Assembly (NCBI RefSeq): GCF_009914755.1
Contig: NC_060935.1
DNA length: 64,000 nucleotides
Reading direction: 5' to 3' (one strand)
From: the human T2T-CHM13v2.0 reference genome, Homo sapiens
Each line of letters opens with the position of its first letter. The first letter of the stretch is position 1. The position numbers were made by a program, and so were the translations under genes. Of this stretch, positions 57,178-64,000 are shown in pieces. The notes beneath the pieces are model-generated. The model did not search any database, was not told where the DNA came from, and was given only the letters and a program-made list of their open reading frames with translations.

Positions 57178-60100
57178 AAGTTTTACATAATTAATAATCT
57201 CAAATATTTTAAATTACATTAATGATTTTTATTCCTATGTAGCAGTGTTTGTTGCTGTGTTCACAGTTACATAGCTATTGAGAAATCCAGTTTCTTTTAA
57301 TTTTGTAAGTCAAAATCAGTTTTCTATATAACTGAATTGTCTCACCTTCTGTAGCCCAACATCCATTCAAAGCTGCACAATAACACGGGAGAAGAAAATA
57401 TGAAAAACAGACATGCCAGTGATAATTACTAGCGATTTCACTACAATGATACATATACATCCTGTTGATTATTCAAAGAGTAAAACATTCTGAAAGATGG
57501 CTTCCTGATCTCAATTTTCTTGAAAGGTTAGAGTTCTAAAATTCATTGCACCACATGTTAACAAATGTATTTGTTTCTTTTTTGGGGAAAGAAAAAAAGA
57601 ACTTTCTCCAGACTCCTGCATTCTCTGAATAATAATGATATGTTACACAAATAGAAGACTATGTCTCAGCTTTCAAATGGATAAACAGTGGAACTGAAGA
57701 CCATGTTTCAAAACAGAATATAGTTCAAAAAGCCCTGCACAATTTATTATAGTTCTTTCTGGCCAACCCACAACGGGGAAAACAGTATAGTTCTGGTCAC
57801 AGCTTAATGTAAGTCATGAAAAAGGAGGTTTCTCATTCACTGAACCAGTATTTATTGTGTACTATACTCCAGACACTAGAATATAGCAGTGAATAAAGAC
57901 AATATCCTTAACTTCATGGATTAACTAAAACTTTATATAAAGTTTCAAATTTATCACTGAGAGGTAATGTTTACTATCTGTTACAAATTTAGCATTATTT
58001 CCACATATGATAGATATGGCAAGTATTCTAAGTAAAAAAGTAAAAAGTGTGGTAAATTGGGCATCTGAAAGGAGGTGTAGTTTAGTCCTTATGAACACAG
58101 ACTCAACCCCCTGAGTATGACATGAATTAAATATATTTTACACACACAAATAGAGCTTAGCAATGTGGGAGACTAAATATAAGAAGTCAATTACCAAACA
58201 CATATGACTAAAAATAATTCAAATACATAAAAGGCCAATTCAACCAAAACTGTGTAAAAAGGTGCAGCATCTTTACTTCCTTCTTGAACATTCTAATTGT
58301 TTTTCTAGCTCTGAGGTAATAACATCAGATTTTTCCAACCTTCAATGACCCAAATTCCTAGACTATGTCTGTTCTGCTTGACTTGGTTTTTATCTACTTT
58401 TAATTCTAAATTTAAGAATTAGGAAGCAAAAGGAGCCTTGTGAGTAGAGCAGCAAGCAGTGGGGAAGAAGAACAGAGAATAACTGGAGAATTATGCAAGG
58501 AACAAATAAGAGGGAACTGTCCTGGCAGAAACAACTCTTTTAATTCAAACTTCCTCCTTTCTTTTCCCCTTTCTTCCCTTCTGCCACTATTACATTATTA
58601 CTGAACTACTGAGATATATCATCAATCATAAAATTCTAGGGATGGATATAAAGAAATATGAGACAGGCTCTTAGGAGCTCACAGTTCAGTGAAGACGAAA
58701 GACTGGTAAATAAACGGTTAAAACATAAAATAATAGAGCTATGTATCAAATGTTACAGAGCACAGGAAAAAAAAAGGTACTTCATCCTGCCACCATTTGG
58801 AAGCTATGTACTTAAATGTTGGAGTAGCCATATTTTATAAAAATATTAACCACTAAAATGCTGAAAGAGCAAACAGAAATTTTAGACAAGAGAACTTTGT
58901 GACAAGGAAGAACGATACCTAATGACTCTCTTGCCTTAGAGCATTTACATTCTTTATAGATAATTCAATGCAAAGATAGAGCTATTTAATATTAGCATCT
59001 ACGTGCCAAAAAAGGACAATGGGCAGGACAGTTTTGAACCAGGATCCTTCTGAACTTTCCTCAGATTATATCATGTAGCAACTACTTTCTTCACATGTGA
59101 TTTGAGCAAGCATAGTACACCAGTCAACAAGGACTCAATTGGTCAATGACTGTCAGTCTTTGATATTTTTACAACGGTTTCTTTATAGAACTAGCATAAA
59201 TATTTAATTTTTAATTTTGAAATGAAAAGCAATCAGTTTCTTAATAACATTCTGACTATTTCCTAAAACCCTGTTCTCAGGCTTCACCAAACATCTTACT
59301 ATTCCATGAGGGCCTTTCATAATTTCCTATAATGCTAAATATGCTTCTTCTTCTAGAATGCCCTTATTTTACTTTTCTAGCAAGTAAGAGTTTGCTCTTG
59401 GTATCTCTATTATTGTGCTAATTATATTCTACTATAGTTTTAAAACGATACCTGTTTTTCCATTAGGCTAAAAGTACATCTGGGGTAAGAGCTGTGATTT
59501 GTTCATCTTTATATCCCCAGTGACTAACTCAGGAGCTGGCACATAATAATGGCTTTGTAAACATTTTGTGAAAAAAAACATACTTCTACCATCATATAAG
59601 CAGAAGGGCATTACGGGAACTTTCTTATAGACTCCCATGCCATTTATTAGAAAGAAATTACATTGGAACAGTTTTCGTTAGAGATCCTTAGGCCTCTGAA
59701 GGTAAGCACATGGTACACGTGGTAAGCAGTTCCTTCAGAAAAGTGCCCCAGAGTGGGCTAGCAAGGAGATTTAATTTGCTTCAAATCCCCAAAGAACATA
59801 GCTGATATTCAACTGTCAAAAAATAATTAATCATAGATACAGTAAAATAGGGCACAAGATGCCATTATTAGTAATAGTTTAAAATCTTGTGTACTCAAAT
59901 TTGCAAACTATGTTTTTATGATAGGAGAGGAAATATATTTTCTTTAAATTTTTTTTTAACCCTGATAAGTTTGTTGTTGGGACAGACCCTTATGACAAAA
60001 GACAGATTAATATGAGAAAACTAAGCAAGCTTCCTTCAAGGTCAAACATTGAAAAAAAAAAGACGACTTCATTTTTTCCCCTTATAAGTGAGAATAAGAT

Positions 60101-60372
60101 TAAAACAAGTAATAATGCTATATGAATAAGCTGAGAAAACTAAGACAGAAACATGATCTGAGGCCCTAGATGCTGATCATTTCAGTAAAAAGGATAAAAA
60201 TCATCCTACAATTGATGCATTAATTGGATGGTTCAGCAATTTACCAATCAGTATTTTCTTTTAAAGAAAACATTTTTACACATCCTAAGCTTTCATTTTT
60301 ACCTCTGGCATCTTTTCATCTTTATGTTTTAGGAACGTAAGTTATTTTTAAGGCTCCTACAAATGTTCTTAT

Positions 60373-61088
60373 TGTTATAGTAGATATTCAGACAGACATA
60401 AGCAGAGCAGGAGAACCTCCTTCCCCTGCCCAACCCCAACCAGGAATGTCAGGCGACCATCAGGTGATGGTCAGGTAAGTTGTTAAACTCTCTCTCTAAA
60501 ATAATAATTGGTCACAGTGGTGCCAGGGAAGGGCAGTTTCCCAAGATAGAAATACCTGAAATTGGTGATCGGCAGCTTCCTGATAAGAGCTCAGGAGTTG
60601 GGTGAGTGAGCTCACGCAGGTGCAGTAAGAGGCAAAATGGCAGAGTTTAACTGCTATATGACCTTCCTCTAGGAACACTGGATTGGTAAAGAAAAAATGC
60701 CTAAAGTGAGCATGTGTACAACTCCAGTAAACACACTGCACGTGAAGCCCCTCCCAGGTGCTAGCAGGCCACTGTGTATGCAGAGAGCCTACCTCAAGGG
60801 AAGAATCAGGGGAGGAGAAATGCAACCACCCAGAAGCATGCCAACCTATAAAATCCCAAGTCGAAAAGCCAAACTGTGCACTTGCTCTCTCAAGTTGCCC
60901 GCTTGGCCCAATTCCAAGTGTACTTTACTTCCTTTTGTTCTAGCTCTAAAGCTTTTTAATAAACTTTCACTCCTGCTCTAAAACTTGCCTTGGTCTCTCA
61001 CTCTGCCTTAGGCCCCTTGGCTGAATTTTTTCTTCTGAGGAGGCAACAATTTTTGCTGCAGACTCCTATGGGTTCACTGCCAGTAACA
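60373..61088 (+). mobile_element. Solo MER50 LTR
   Basis: TGTTA...TAACA termini flanked by the 4-bp TSD TTAT (60369-60372, 61089-61092); TATAAAA at 60847; AATAAA at 60958; no PBS follows. Confidence 0.87.
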
Positions 61089-62819
61089 TTATCACTTCAA
61101 AAATAATCACATAGTATCACAGAGAGAAGTTTTTCCAGGGAAAGACAAAAGTGAGACTACCAAAGGTTTTCCATTAAAGCATTTTAAAACTGAAACAACT
61201 TGCTGAATAGCAAGGAATGGCTACAGTCAACATTTTAATAACTTTTATGTACAAAGTAAGAATAATATTTGTAAGACAAACTGAACAAAAACTTTTTTAA
61301 GAACTTTAAAAAAAAACCCTATATTTAATATCAGAGATCATCGATGGAGACATACTGACCCATCAATAGCTAATAAAAAACTGGCCAAAGTTAACCATGG
61401 ACAAGTAAAAAGAAAGCATGCATAGAAAAAGGTACAAACACAAATGATACAAGATTAATGTGGTTTAACTGTGGAAACAAAGTGTTGATAGCTGATGGCC
61501 CAGGATCATTTTAGTCAGTTTTCAAAAATGCCTATTAAAGAGTATACTGTGAAAACTGTTGGATACATTTTCTAAAACTAGTACATGTTCTAGTAAAATC
61601 CAAATTACAGGTGAACAGACATGACAAAAGATGTCAAGAGCATTTTACAAGATTATTTGGGGCAGGGAGGGACACCCAAGTTTAAACGGGTATGGATTAG
61701 ATTAAAATATCACAGGGTCTATAAAAACCAGTTCCTGTGAATACAAACTTATTAACATTAAAAATCCCAGCATTGTTAGTACACTTAAAACACTAATCCT
61801 CAGGTAAACAAAAATAGTTCACATAGGCTGCCAAAAAAACAAAAAAAACAAAAAAACCAAAAACCAAATAAACACAAGACAGTAAACAAGAGATGAAGGC
61901 GATCAAGAGGAAATTGTAGGGAGTGAAGCTTGGAATGGCAGAGTCCATATAATTATTTCAGAAAAACACAGAGACCTTTTAAACTGTGAAAAACAAATTC
62001 ATTATCATAACAATTCTTAGAGAGAAGAACAAAGGAAATGCTATCATTACATTTAGACCTTTCACAGGAAAACTAGTCAAGGTTACAAAAGGATCTTATA
62101 GTCTTATCTGCTTCCTGTCTGTGCTTTGTAAAATCCGCTACCACCACTACCCCCAACCCAGCTCGTGAACTCTGATAATGGCCTAATATTGGCCTTTGAC
62201 AAAGTCCAAACAAAATGACAGGTGATAAGAGAATGCCTTTATATAGAATTATCACCACCATGTGCTTTGGAAACAACAACTCTGCACACTGCACTGCATC
62301 TTTCTTTCTGCTTTGCTTCCTTATCTTTTCCCCATTCTTTCCCAGAAAAAAGTGAATTTAGAACATGCAAGCAAAAGATAATGAAGCTGAAAATACTAGA
62401 GTAAAATAAAATAATAAAATTTGATCTTCAAATGACCAATTATTATGTATTCCGGCACACTTCATCAGTACACAGAAAAATCTACAATATGGTTACCACT
62501 TCCTCATAGCTAGTGCATTCTTTCATTTATTCAATAAACATTGATGCCTTTTGTACCTGAGGCATTATGCCAGATATAGAGTACACAAGAATAATAAGAC
62601 ATGTAAGTTTTAGGAAAAACTTCTTATAAACAAACAGGGGAAAAAAGCATAGGATAGAATTTCTGTAACGTCCCTGAAGATATTCCAGAATCAATACACA
62701 TCAGCCCTGGACTGCCTACCTGTATGTAGACTTTTTGTTATGTGAGAAGGATAAAATCTGTATTTTGCTTAAATACATATTTTTAAGGTTTTAAAAATAT
62801 ATTAGTTATGCACATAAAG

Positions 62820-64000
62820 GACATAAATAATTTTACAAGTTAAAAAAATCTTTTTATTATAAAACACAGATATAGAAAACCACACAAATCAAATGTATGG
62901 CTTAATAAATTATCTTAAAAATACCACCCACATCAAGAAAGAGAACTTTCCCAGCAAAAGTAAAAGCCCCTGGAAGCCCCTTTTATGTACCCACCCCCCC
63001 ATCATAATCTCCTCTCTACTGCCAAGAGTAACCATGCTTTTATTTAATATTTATCCACTTTCCTGATTTTTTTCTATAGGCAGTTTTTATCACCCAAAAG
63101 TACATCCGTAGACACTATAGTTTAGTCTCACTCTATTAAAAAGTTGGATGTCTTTTAAATCTCTTTCAATCTCGAGGTTGAGGAACCTCTAGATTGTTAA
63201 AGAACCTGGGACATTTGACTAAGAGAGTTTCCAACAGCCTGCATTTTGGTAATTACATTCTCTTGGTGCAGTTTAATGTGTTCCTCTATTTTCTACATTT
63301 TCTGTGATCAGACTCAGGTTTAATCCCTTTGGCAAAACAATAAGTAGTGTTTGGTAAGGTTATAACGGCACATAATACTTGCTTGTTTTTCTTTCTGTGG
63401 TAACAGCTGTTGATACTTAGATCTTGGTTCATTGAGGATTGCAAAATGATACTCTATTTCCATCATTTCTTTCATCTTTATTAATTAGAAGACTTTCTAA
63501 AAAAGATAATTGCCCTCAACTACTATTGGTTATCATTTTTTTCTTTATTGATAAATTTTCAAGATAAATTGTTCTTTATCATATTCTGAGGTAGGTGACA
63601 ATCCCTTTTTAATATTATGAATTCATGGATCTTAAAATATTTGCTGGGTTTCAACCAACTGCAATTATTGTAATTTTTGAAGCTCAAATTCTATCATCTT
63701 AGATCAGTTGTGAGCCTCTTCAAGATGGCTCCTGAGTTCTTTTAACAAGCCTCTAACAGTAACATTTTTTCTTAATTCTCATACCATAAATTCCCCATTT
63801 TAAAGTATACAATTCAGTGGTTTTTAGTGTAGTCACGAGGTTGTACAAGCATCATTAGTATCCAATTGCAGAAGAATTTCATTCCTCAAAAGAAACCCCA
63901 CACCCACTGGCAGTTATTTCTCACGGCCCTATCCCTCGAGCCCCTTATAATCACTAATCTGTTTTGCCCCTATGTGTTTGCCTATTTTGGACATTCCACA
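62820..64000 (-). mobile_element. Old L1M 3' fragments (L1MC/ME, then L1MB-like)
   Basis: cttcaagatggctcctgag; cattttaaagtatacaattcagtggtttttagt motifs. Confidence 0.6.

Noticed and set aside
61575-61594. p53-like half-sites in the near-palindrome AAACTAGTACATGTTCTAGT
   Set aside because: The half-sites overlap and carry mismatches; not a proper response element.

Overview
Primate (human-like) genomic DNA lying entirely inside the SBF2/MTMR13 gene, which runs on the minus strand. Ten coding exons (numbered 7-16 from my recollection of the reference cDNA; 1241 nt in total) were found by hand with GT/AG boundaries, and they splice into one open frame covering most of the DENN module and the start of the SBF2 domain. 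The introns contain the 5' end of a processed GLUL pseudogene at the left edge, a full-length but decayed L1PB1-type element with a 22-bp target-site duplication (TSD) next to the exon 13 donor, a truncated MER50 class I provirus (LTR-PBS-gag-pro) nested in a MER4-type LTR, a solo MER50 LTR, a 37-nt U6 retrocopy, about 35 Alus and older L1/L2/MIR/MaLR/DNA-transposon relics. Most ORFs in the supplied track are Alu or L1 translation noise. I see no new multi-gene system. The best candidates for new biology are a putative internal first exon (MDRGNA) in intron 13 that would give a DENN-less SBF2, a candidate cassette/poison exon in intron 12, an intron-16 read-through C-terminus, and three short dispersed direct duplications that are not recognisable repeats. 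Repeat subfamily names are from memory of consensus sequences, and repeat boundaries are approximate unless a TSD is given.
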